From contig OZ241830.1 in assembly GCA_965202585.1 (NCBI GenBank), positions 39,308,001-39,372,000 on the forward strand: DNA of 64,000 bases, in the 5' to 3' direction. The DNA comes from Thalia democratica (Eukaryota). Positions 1 through 12,300 of this stretch are shown one piece after another (position 1 is the first letter of the stretch; each line of letters starts with the position of its first letter). The notes under the pieces are model-generated. The model ran no database searches and was not told the origin of the DNA. It saw nothing but the letters and a program-made list of their open reading frames with translations. The position numbers and the translations under genes were made by a program.

Positions 1-69
1 AACAAGTTGAAAATGTCGAATATTCAAACTGCATGTTGGCTTTATTTGGACAAATATTTTCCTACGCAA
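1..69 (+). CDS. UBR4: Probable partial upstream UBR4 exon
   Basis: Open frame NKLKMSNIQTACWLYLDKYFPTQ ending at a phase-0 GTTAGT donor. The link to the 381 exon is not resolved (it would need the alternative acceptor at 397 or another exon such as 249-287). Confidence 0.4.
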
Positions 70-380
70 GTTAGTTTGATTTATAATTTTTTTAAAAACT
101 AAATGTCAAATATTTCATGCAACTGTTTAAAAGTAAAGCGTGGCTTAATTATCTATGATGTTAGGTCACGTATTTATCTTTGAAATTTTCCAAAAAAAGA
201 CTTATTAACGGTTTTAGTTTAAATTCTGTGAGCTATCTTATTTCATAGAGTTGTCTTAAAGGATTTCATCAATAACATAGAAGAAAAGTTAGTTTTATAG
301 CAGCAATGTTGGCGTAATATGATAATAAAATGACTCAACAACAAGTACAAGGAAAATAACGATCTCTTACTGATTCATAG

Positions 381-3300
381 GTTCAACACAAAACAAGGAG
401 CTATGCGTCGAGTTGAACAAGCTGAAAACGCGTGGAGCTTTTGAAAAGCTGATGACGCTGCAAGATTTCTTCAGAGCAAATTTGAACGAACCGCCCTCAA
501 TTGCGAACTGCCCTGAAAGTTTGTACGAATCTCTGCAGCACTTGTTCACGTACGCGGCAGATCAAAACCGGTTGGTTGTAGCGCAGTGTTTTTAAACTCT
601 TTTGTTAGATAGTTTGATCTTGAATTTTAATGATAAGTTAATGCAACATCAATAAAAAGTGTATTAAATCACTAATAAGAATTAAATTAATTTATTTTTG
701 AATATTTTGCTTGATGTTACCATGATAGACAGTATTTGTGTTTTACTTATTTTCTGAATATCTTTCGCTTGAACTTGCATTTACTTAATGTAGAAATTTA
801 GTATTAAACGATTATCTTCAAAATGACTAAAAAAATAACGCAGCAAAGAGCTGGCAACGTGCATGTTGAGTTACTTCCTTGAAGGAGACTCTGTGGCGAC
901 GTTCAGCGGTAAGTTAATAAAAAAGCTAGTCAAATTCGCGAACTCACATGAAGGTTGCGGGCACAAAATGCTGCTTAAGTACGCTCTCAAGTGGATTAAA
1001 GCTGAACTTCCACAAGTTTTTGGTCAAAATTTGGACGTTATCAATCATAATCAGGTTTTAATATATATGTTGTATTTTTGCTGTAATTTATATTCCAGTC
1101 TGATGATAAATTATAATTTAATTTGCTACAAAGAAGAATGCTTTTTTAAATGTTAGTTGTTATTTTTACCTCACAGTAAAACACTTGACTAACTTTATAA
1201 AATGTTTTGTTTACCTTAATTCACTATAATTTTAAATTTAATATCAGTGTTATGATCTCAAAAAACAGATATTTTCCGGAGACAACATAACAAGCGAGGC
1301 ATTGTCTGGTTGTTACGAGTTGCTATTATACATTGCTGATGTTATGAAGGTTGTTGCCGATAAAAACGTTGATATTGATGGTGAGTCGATCAAAGTATTT
1401 TGTGGTTATATAATATAGTTGTAGTTATCATATATATTTTGTTAGCAATATCCATTAATGAGTTGATGTGAACTGAAGTATTTTATAAGTATATGGCTAA
1501 AAAAGATAGATAGTATATAAAATATGCATAAATGGTTTAAATTTTCGATAGTTAATTAATAATTTTAAAAGAAAATTTGTGCAGTTTCTAAAAGCAAAAT
1601 AAATCAATTAAATTAATCATTATGACGTCACATGCAGACGATGAAGATGACGAACTTGAAGCGGAGTTTAATTTTGCCGACGTCGGAAGCGCTTATGAGG
1701 CAACAGAAGGAGAAAGTGATTCTTCCGATCAACTGTGGAGCAAACTGTGCACTTACACAAAGACCCAGAAAAACTTTGAAAATCAGCACTGGTTAGAATT
1801 TATTATTTATTTACCTAACACTTTCAAGTAACAAAGATTATCTTTATAAATACCTGAAGAAAAAAAGTATTCTAAAGTCATAAAAGTTTGTTTAATTTCA
1901 CATCTCTAAAGTTTTGTTATCGACCAAACAGTTTGTTAGAGTTTCCATAAATTAATTGTGAAATCTTGCGATTCGCAATCTGTAAAGTTGTTAACAAAAT
2001 TATGTTTATTATTGTCACAAACCACAATGAAAACAACTCATACGTTTCGCTCAGGTACCACTGTCACACGTGCGGCATGGTGGACGGGGTCGGTGTTTGC
2101 AGCGTTTGCGCGCAGGTCTGCCACAAAGACTGCGACGTTTCGTACGCCAAGTTCGGCTCCTTCTTCTGCGACTGCGGCGCTAAAGAACCGAAAGTTTGCA
2201 AGGTGAAAATTGATGTTTGTTTAAAACTAAACTCAAAAGTAGCTCTTTGAAAGCAAACGAGTAGACTTGCTTTTATTTTTAAAAATTACATTTTATTACG
2301 AATGTAAGAATCAAGCTTAAATTTAATAGAATATCTATTGTCACTTATTAGTTTATTTACATGTGACTATTGTGCAAGTATGTAAGAGTTGCAAAGTAAC
2401 AACTCTACAAAACTTTTGATTTTATTCTGTTCAATTTTTTTTGTACTAACGTATAAAATCTTTGTAACAGGCTTTAACCAAGCGAGTACCCGGAAGTGAC
2501 AAGTTGGTTTCGGGCATTTCCGCATTTGCCGATCCCGTTCAAAACAGGTCAAAGGAAAAATTTAACCCGCCTGTTAAATCTAAATCTTCAAATAAGAACC
2601 TTCGCGAAAAGATGTGAGTTTTACGATACAAAGAGTTTTTTTTTACTCTTTGGTATTCGTTTTTATCTGAAATCTGAATGAGGTTTAAACTAAATGCATT
2701 TTGTAGAACAGGTTTCGATTGATAAAAAAAGCAAAAAGTTAGATGATTGAAAAGTTTAATTTACTGATCATGACTTTGTTATTTTTTATTAATGAAAATT
2801 TATAGCTTTTCTAAAACACATTTACACTAAAATTGCATGTGCTACTCAAAACTTGAAACCAAGTTTTAAACCTACTAAATAGTATGTATAGTATAATAAA
2901 ACAGGTGCATTTGTTATAGGAAAGTTAATTAAATTATTTTCTTAAAAGATGCTCAAAAGCGCGGCAGAACAGCCAGGTTTTGATTGTGGGCTCCGACAAG
3001 CCTGATCTCGTTGAAATAATTGGGAGTTTTGTCAATGGAGCAAGTGAAATTTTGCTGGCGACTATGAAAACAATGCTGCAGTTTATTGGAAGCACATCGT
3101 ACAAAAAGCAACTAAGTTTGTTTTTGATTGTTTATTTTAACGTTGTTATTGACATCTAACACATTAAAAAATGAATTAGAAGCACATTATGTTTCTTGAT
3201 TGTAATTTTCATATTTTAACAATTAAAGTATTTTATAACAATGTTTTTTAATTATACATAGTGATAATTATTTTACCCGCAGCTAAAAATTGCTCCCGAG

Positions 3301-6300
3301 CCGTTTTAGTTATGGAAGAGTTGAAAGAAAAGGCGAAAGAGGTTGTGGCAAGTGAAAACATTGTCAACCACACGTTGGGCAGTCAGGAAAACGCCTTTGA
3401 AAATGTTAAACCCACATATAATGGAGATCAGGTATATATAAACTTTTTACTATGTTATTTAACTGTAGCCAACTCTTAAATGAAATTTTTGTTTGTCTAT
3501 TATTTTTAACAATGTAAAAATATATAAGGGTGGAATAATAAGAGGTCTGATCAACAACAAAACAATGAAAAGATCTGCCATGTGTTGCAGTGTTTCTTCT
3601 AATTGCAGTTAGTACTTTTTGAGTTGTTATGCTAAAAACACAATTAAATTAAAGATGTAACTTAAAGCACGCAATAATATTGATAAAGGTGCAAAACTAA
3701 AACATTTTGTTGCTAGATATCTGTTTTTTTTTGGTAAAAACTATTCAAGTGATAATTAGTATTGTACATCCTCAGCTGTGGATTGCAGCAAAGCACTCTA
3801 CTTGTTTTTATCATTGGTATTGTTTTTTGAAATTATTATTTTCAAACTATTTTTTATACTGAATATTCAAAAAAAAATAATTGTGTGTATTTATCAGGTA
3901 ACAGTGAACCTTACCTTGCAATTAATCACGACAAGAACAAGGTGACATTGTTGAAATTGTCTGCATTATTGAAACAAGCTGATATTAATCAAAAGAAGCT
4001 CGTTCTAACCAGAATGTCTTCGACTGTCATCCCTTTTCAAATTACTTCGATGATCGGTTAGCTGTAGCGATGTACAAGTTTACTAGGATCGATTTATTTA
4101 TGTTTAATTGTTAAGTAAAAAAGTTTGAAAAATAGATGAAAGTAAAATAGATACAATTTTGAATTACCTACTTTGCTAACAAACCACTGCATTTATTTTT
4201 GCAATAAAAACTTAGCGGACAAAACTTGATATTTTTTCTTTACAGCGAATCCTTGCAACTACGAGGTGTTTGCGGTGTGCGGCTTGAAGGAGTGCCTCGT
4301 GATCAGCTACTCGAATGTGACGTCACAGCAGCCGCAGCAAGTGAAGCTGCAAGCCGGTTTGCAGGGGACCAACCACATAATAAAGTGCGTTTGGCTGCCC
4401 GCCTCCCCCTGCAAGCTCGCGCTCATCACCGCCGAATTCGTCAAAATTTACGACCTTTCAAAGGTTCGTCTGATTTCTGTATTATGTGAACAAGTAAGTT
4501 AACAAAATTTTTATTATTTTTTAGAAAAATTCATCACTGTTAGTTTTGAATAATTTTTTTATCTACAGATAATATTCCCGACGATCATAGAGTATTTTAT
4601 TGCTTAAAAGTAATTTTTGTTACCACCGATGTTAATAAAAAATTTCATTACCAGGACTTACTTTCTCCTGCGTACTACTTCATTCTTCCAATGGGTAAAA
4701 TAAGGGACGTGACTTTTGTTGGGGGGCGCAACAACGACAGCGAGACCCACATCGTTGCCATGTCAACCAGCGGCTACATATATTGCCAGCAGCTCAACGA
4801 GGAGTCGCTCGCTTTACACGGAACTTTTTACATGACCAATGTTATACCGGTGAGTATTTCATAAAGTAAATTTATTTTTAATGTTATAATATATCCGATT
4901 GTCATTTACAAAAATTAAATACGGTTTTTTTTTGCAATTTACAGAGTTTCTGAGATTAATGTAAATTAGGAAACGTTGTTGTACATTTAAATTAAAGATA
5001 CTGTCTAGAAATTTTGGATCAAATGATCAAACTCTAATGAATAATTTAATAATAGTATAGCAATACGTGTATTATTTACAATAAAAAAAAACTAAAATAT
5101 TTAAAACATAATTTATAAAGCTTTCTAACTTTTACGTAAATTTTAATAATATATAAAGTTGAGTGTATTTAGTACAAATAGTACGATAAATAAATTACTT
5201 TTTACCAGTTGAACATGGAATCAGTGAAAGAAACAGGACAGCTTCAAGGCAACGGCGGAATTTCAATTTATTATTCCCACAACTTGCAACTTCTCTTTTT
5301 CAGCTTCAACTGCAACAAAAACTTTGCTGCCTCGTTCGACGCTCAATCTTCGAAATTCAACAAAATATTTCCCATCACTTACAAGGTTAGTATATGCTGA
5401 TGTATACATGATACTGGTGTATGGCTGCAATAATATTCTGTGTTTTTCATGTATTTATTATATGATGTATACATTTTTCCATTTTGCATCTTAAAATGCT
5501 AACATATTTTTAAAGTCGAGCACATCGTCGGGCGCAATGAAGCCGGTCGCGTTGTACGAGTGGGGAGAAGTAATGCACCATCCAGGCATGTTGACGGCGT
5601 TTTCTCACAACAACAACTCGCCAATCGTCATCATGGTCACTCCCGACACCATCGCGTATCAAGAAATTAAAGTTAGTTATTGATAAAACTTAAAGTTGTG
5701 TATAAATGAGCTAATTTTAAATTAAAAACGTATTATTATTAGTTAATTATCATTTGAGTTGTGAAATACAAGAAAAAAAGCGTAACCTAAGGGTATAATA
5801 ACTTGAGAAAAATATTTTGTAAACATTATATAAACTTTATTAGATACCCAACACAAAAGCGAAGCCCTTGGACATGATTGCTGTCAGGCACGATCCTGGC
5901 AACCAGCGCGATCACCATGACAACCAGGGGAAGACGACGGTGATTGTGCTGTGTGACGACGGATCCCTGCGCTTGTTCCAAGCTTCCAAGAAGAAAAATC
6001 TCACTGAATTCTGGTTGCAACCCCATATGAGGCCGGCTCAAGTTTTTAACGGTGATTTGAATGTGATTTAAATGTTTAAAGTTTCAGTATAATGATGATT
6101 TATATGTAAACAATAGAAGGTTAAATTTTTTATCTTGAGTAAAAATGTTTATTTTGTCAAACAAAATGTATTTTATTTTAGAAAAACAACCATCTTCAAA
6201 GAAAATAAAAGCAGCAGCTCCTCTGAAAGGTAAATTCATAAATAAAAGTTGGTACAATAAATTAACACAAGTATATTAAATTTACATTGTTCAAAAAACG

Positions 6301-9300
6301 TGCTAATAAAAAATTAAGTTTACACAAGTAAAGCAAAAATTGAATAAGTAAAAGTTACTAAAAGAGTCTAGTAAACTTAAAATAACTTATAAGCGAAATT
6401 AGTCGGAAAAACATATTTATAAGATATAGTTAACATTTATTTAATTGTATTACAAAAGTCAGACGAAAATAAAAAAATTTAAAAGCATATAAATTGTTTT
6501 TCAGATTTAATAAATTGTTAAAAATACCAGGGTTCTAAGGGTTCTAATACTAAGGCAGTTATAAAATCTATAAATAAGTAACATTAAAATTAAATACAAA
6601 CACCTAAATATTTTTTTTTTTATAAACTAAAGTATGATAATTTTGTAATTATTATTATGATAACTTATTGTTTTGAAACGTTTAATAATCAGTTAACATT
6701 ATAAAAACATAAGTCTATACAAAACAAACTTTTGTTTCTATAAGTGAATACAATACTCTAAAATAAAAGTTTGAACCTGAACATAACTACTTAAAATTTG
6801 TGGAATTTTAAAAACAAGTTCAAGTGTATTTAATTTGTGTAATTTACAATGAACAAGCGAGTAGGTTAAGTCTATACCAAAAGCATTAAGTGATTTAAAC
6901 CACTTAACAACGATGTCGTGCTTGCAGAAACGTGCAAGAAAGTGCAGATTTCGAGGGACTGCTTCGAACAGTGCAAGCCGGTGACCGGCAGCGAGCTGGA
7001 GTTCGAAGGGGACCTGCTCAACATTTACCAGAGGGAGCAGCTGAAGAGGAGGCTGACCGGCCCGCCGCACGGCAGGAGGACCAACACTCAGGTGAAGTTC
7101 AAGAAGGCCTACACGCTCACCGTCACCCTCAAGAACACCAACACGGTGCGTTTCGAATGTAGAATATTTTCTCGGCTAACAAGTTGTTGGTATTTTCTCC
7201 CAAAGCTTGTACAAAGTTTGAACCAGCACATTAAAAAAGTTTATATACTTCGGCAACTGCAAACTTTTTAGTGCTTGAAAACTGCCGGTAAATCTCAATT
7301 TAGTAGACTGTTGTCTCTTGTCGATGTAATTAAATGTATTGCAGGTGATAGCCGGCATTCAGATAGCGTTGGGAAGCGAAGGCGCGGCGAAATGTCCCAA
7401 CTACATCAGGCTGCACGAGGCGGGCAGGAAGATCTCGTTCAAGAAGAACTTGCTGAAGCGGAGCCGCTGGTTCGACATTCCGCTGACTTTCAGCGAAGTC
7501 GTCGCCGGCAAACATGAAGTCAGTTGGAGAGCTTTGAAAGTTTTAACTAATTTGAGTTTTAAAAAAGTAAACTAAACGTTAAATAAATAGAAAAACGTTT
7601 TGACTGAATTTTTTTCAAACAAATTTCCAGCTTTGTATTTTGATTAAGCTACGTATATTATCTAAATAAATAGTTTTTTTTGTCTAAGTTCATAAAACTT
7701 TTGCTTAGTTTGTTAAATACTTATAAAAATTAATTATTTTTTTTTACTGTTTGTAACAACTGCCACTGATCAAAATATCAAAAATTTAACGTTTTTTTTC
7801 AACAGTTAAAGATAAAAGTTTCAAAATCCAACAGCGACTGGATTGTTGTAGACGGATTAAAAGTTTATTCTAAGTCTGCAGACGCTTACGATCTTAGTGA
7901 AGGTTCATATTGTATTATACATATTATATCAGGTGTTAGATAATCTTAAATTGATATGTACTAAAAAAGATTAGAAAATAGCAAAAGTTTGAATTTTCAA
8001 GTAGGTAAAATAAAACAGACATAGTAGGTTTCCATACTTGTAAATTGAATATTTTGTGTATGTTTAGAGTTTTGGTGCTTAATAAATTAAATTAATGAAT
8101 AAACTTTAAAGCAGGAGAAGGTGAAACTGATATAAAAATTTTGGAAGAAATTGAAAGTTCACATGATGCCAAGTTGAAAAACATTGCATTAAGTCAAGGT
8201 ATTAAAAATTTATTATTTAGAAATATAATTAAATAAATATGGTGCTACAGGAAATATATTTTTGAGTATTTTTAGATTTATGTAATATATTTGACTGTTT
8301 TTCATAAATCCTTTTAGTTTTTAATTTTGTTTTTATGTAAAAAATGTTTTTTTATTTCAAGGTATGAATAAAATATATTGTATAAACAAGTTTTTTTTTA
8401 ATTATTTGCTAATGAGTAATAAATACTGAGAATTTTTTAATATAAAATATAAAGTTTACATTTCAAACAGAACTGTGTAACGAGATAGTTTCTGCATCCA
8501 TGTTCGCCATGGAGCGTTTGATACGCAGCAAAATACAAGTTTGTTACTATTTTTAAACACACTGAAATTAGGATGTTAATTTTTGTACTTTCAAAAGGGC
8601 TCGGAAACTCTCCTGAAAAGTTCATTGCTGGAGACTGGCACGAGCATACTGGCGGAATCCGACGTGGATTTTGTTAGGCGGGACGCGAGAAAACTCGTGT
8701 CAATGATGTTTGAAAACAGACACGATTTTCTTGTTTTCCAGGTGAGTGATAATTTAAAAAAAACTTAAGTTGTGTTTATAGTTATGTACACACAACTGAT
8801 TTGAAAGTGTTACATACATTTTAGTTTGTATATTTCTCCACCGTATTGAACTGTAGAAGCAAAAAAAAACTATCATACACTTTATCAAAAGTTAGTACTT
8901 TTAGTAAAAATTTAAAGTTGCATACAGTTTTGTAAGTTTAATATAAATATTCATCATAAAACCATGTACTGGCTTAAACTTTTTATGTTAGAAAATGTTA
9001 AATACTGAAACGACAGTACTGTTTTATTTCAAACTAAAATATTAATAATATTAAAATAACTTAATTCAAACTTACATATTAAATTACGCTTTTCAAGTGT
9101 ATGCTTTTATTCAATTTAAAGTAAAATATTTATTAAAATTGACTGAATTTGTTAAACTAAATTTGGTTCAAAGTATTTAGTCTAGCTTAATGTTTACTTT
9201 ATAATAACAATAAAAGAACTGTGTTAATAAACGTGTTTTGTGCTGTTTTAAGGACTCCATGGTGATGAAGCGAGCCTTCATGACATTCCACGACGAAGGT

Positions 9301-12300
9301 TTGAACGTTGAAACATTCCAGAGGACGCTGCTTTACGTGTGGCACATCGCAACCAACAGGCCGCAAAACGTGTCGCCTCCCACTAGTGGTGGTGCTGATG
9401 ACATGGTTTGTTTATTAAGTTGAAAGTTACTCGATTGCCTGCATTTTTTCAACGATTAAAACATAATTTTTTAGGACAATCTCAGCTGGGATAAGATCAG
9501 TGTTCAAATGCCGATAAAGTCCTCTAACAGTCTCGTTTGTGTTTCAGATAAGTATGTTTGATAATCTTCATAACATTTTCAAAATAAAAGTAGCAAGGCT
9601 TAGTTATAAATAAATGTTGTAACTGTATCAAATGAAAAAGTTAGTCTGTATAATTTTAACAGTTACCCCAGTATTTGTATGTTTCAAATTTTGTCGTATA
9701 ATCTAGAGACCTCAATTAATCAATAGTATTAACTTTAAAACTAATCCAGGTTTCTCAGTAAGCTTATTATAGAGCTGATGGAACGTCTATGGAAATTTTT
9801 GGATGAAAAACCCCGACACAGAATATTAAGTCCTTCTTGCGTTCCTGAATTAACTCAAATTGATATTACAATTCGTGTCATTGTTGACATTCTGCATTCA
9901 ATAACAGGTTACACAAGAACAAAACTATGATATTTTCTAATAGTTTTGGTTTAATGTGGACGGTTTAATGTTAAGAGTTTTTTTTTAAACCTTAAATATG
10001 TTTAGGTTCTAAATTATTTTGTACTTGATTGTATATTATAATAATTTAAAAAAATATTTTCAGAAAAAAAAACCAATGTTTTTAACATACCTAAAATAAA
10101 AAATGTGTCTAAATTAACTTGTTTATATTATTATTATTATTATTATTGTAAGTTTATTGTCATACGAAGGACCCAGGCATCAAAACCTAGGCCACTTATA
10201 CAGAAAGACATACAACAAAAAGACAAAAATAAACCAAAATTTTACATTAAAAATGAAAAAAAACTGAGTTTAACTAATTGAAGTTAAAAATTAACATAAA
10301 AAACACAAAAATTATAACACAAAATTTATAATTCCGGTGCTTCCGAAAAGAGAACAACAATATCCCACTTCAACTTCACCCGAACAAATGGTTTCACTCC
10401 AAAACTGGTTTCACTTTCATTCGAACAACTGGCTTCACATTATTTGAACAACTGGTTCAGCCTTCATTTGAGTTACTGGTTTAACTTTTATCCATACAAC
10501 TTGTTTGACTTTTATTCGTATAACTAGAACCGCTTTTATCTGAACAACGTGTTTCACTTTTGTTAGGAGAGCCTGCTTCATATTTACTATCAAATCTTTA
10601 ATACTCAGATAACTCAGCGTTTGTTGGACTTTCGTAGTAGCTGATAAATGTTGAGAACACTGACTATAAACAAAACTTGAAAACCCAAGGCCCCAAGCAC
10701 TTTAACAGGCCAATTAACTATGTATTAAGGAACAGGTTTTGTTATACACAGAGGAAAGGCGCCGCTAATAAAATAAAGCTATAGACTAAACCAAATTAGA
10801 CAAATACAACCAGTGGTTAATAAAGAAATAACAAAAAAAAAATTACTTATGAATTTTGCTGACAAAATATTTATTTAAATCAAACTTTTTTAACCTTAAC
10901 CTAAAATGCTCAACTTTTTTACAAGAAACTAATTCGTTTGGAAGCTTGTTCCATAATTCAACTGAACGATAAAAAAAAGAATTATGCCAAACATTATTAT
11001 TGAAATTATGTCTGCATGTAAATTTTCTGTTGTTACCTTTCAGTAAATAAGTACATTTATGAGGTTCAAAAATAGACTGTAAATTAATTGTAGTTTCACT
11101 ATTAATTAGTTTGAAAAAAGTAATTAAGTCAAACTCAATCCTTCTATACTCTAAAGACTTAATACCAAGTTTTGAGAGTCTATCAAAATAAGATGTGTAT
11201 GAAATGTTGCAACGGTTGAAGACTATTCTTGTATATTTTCTTTGAATGGATTCAAGATGGTTAATATCTTTCTTCAGGTATGGAGACCAAATTGGTGTGT
11301 TGTATTCTAACTTAAGACGAATGTAAACGAGATAATTTTTTTTTAGAATGTTTATATCTGTAGATTTAAAACTCTTTAAAACTTGAAAAGAAATAGTTGA
11401 TGCAATTTGATAAACGTAATTGATATGGTGGTTCCATTTTAGGTTTTCAGCAATAAAAATTCCCATATCTTTAAACACTCAAGTTGAAGGTAACCTTATG
11501 TTGTTTATTCTAAATTCAGAAGTGATACTAGATGTATTTTTTTGAATGTTTAGAACCTGACATTTACTAGGGTTTAAAACTAGTTTTTTTTCTTTTAGCC
11601 AATGATAAATTTTATCCAAAGATTTTTGTAGAATTGTGTTAGAATGGCTAAAAATTTTTGTATCGTCTGCAAAGAGATTTATGTTGCTATCAACATCTAC
11701 TACTTCTAAAGTTATATCATTGATATAAATTATAAATAAAAGTGGGCCAATAACCCCTCCTTGAGGCACTCCACTGAAAACAGGTAAAGACTCTGAAAAA
11801 GTGTTACCAATAACTACTTTTTGGGTTCTGTTTTCAAGAAACTCTTTGAACCAGCTAACTAAACTTTTATGAATTTTGTATTGAGTTAAAGTCTTTATTA
11901 GTTTAAAATGGGATACAGAGTCAAAAGCCTTTTGAATGTCTGTGTAAATAACTTTAGTTGACGTATTGCTTAGAAAAGAAACCAACCATGAGTGTAAGCA
12001 ATTCAACAGTTGATAATTAGATGATCGATTAGGTAAAAAACCAAACTGTTTATGTGAAATTAGCTTATTTAAAAAAAGGTGATCAAGTATTTTTAGAGAA
12101 ATTATATGTTCGAAAATTCTACAAAAACTGCTTGTCAAAGAAATGGGTCTGTAGTTTAAAGGGTTGTATTTACTACCTTTTTTGTGCACTGGTATGACAT
12201 ATGAGACTTTCACTGGTTTGGTACAGAGGATGTAGCTAGTGAACAATTAAAAATTAGTGAAATTGGAAGAATTAGGGAATAAATAGTACGTTTAATAAAA

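Noticed and set aside
4569-4609. Cryptic cassette exons in UBR4 introns (4569-4609, and 6531 onward)
   Set aside because: In-frame stops or phase mismatch, and the flanking exons already join correctly.
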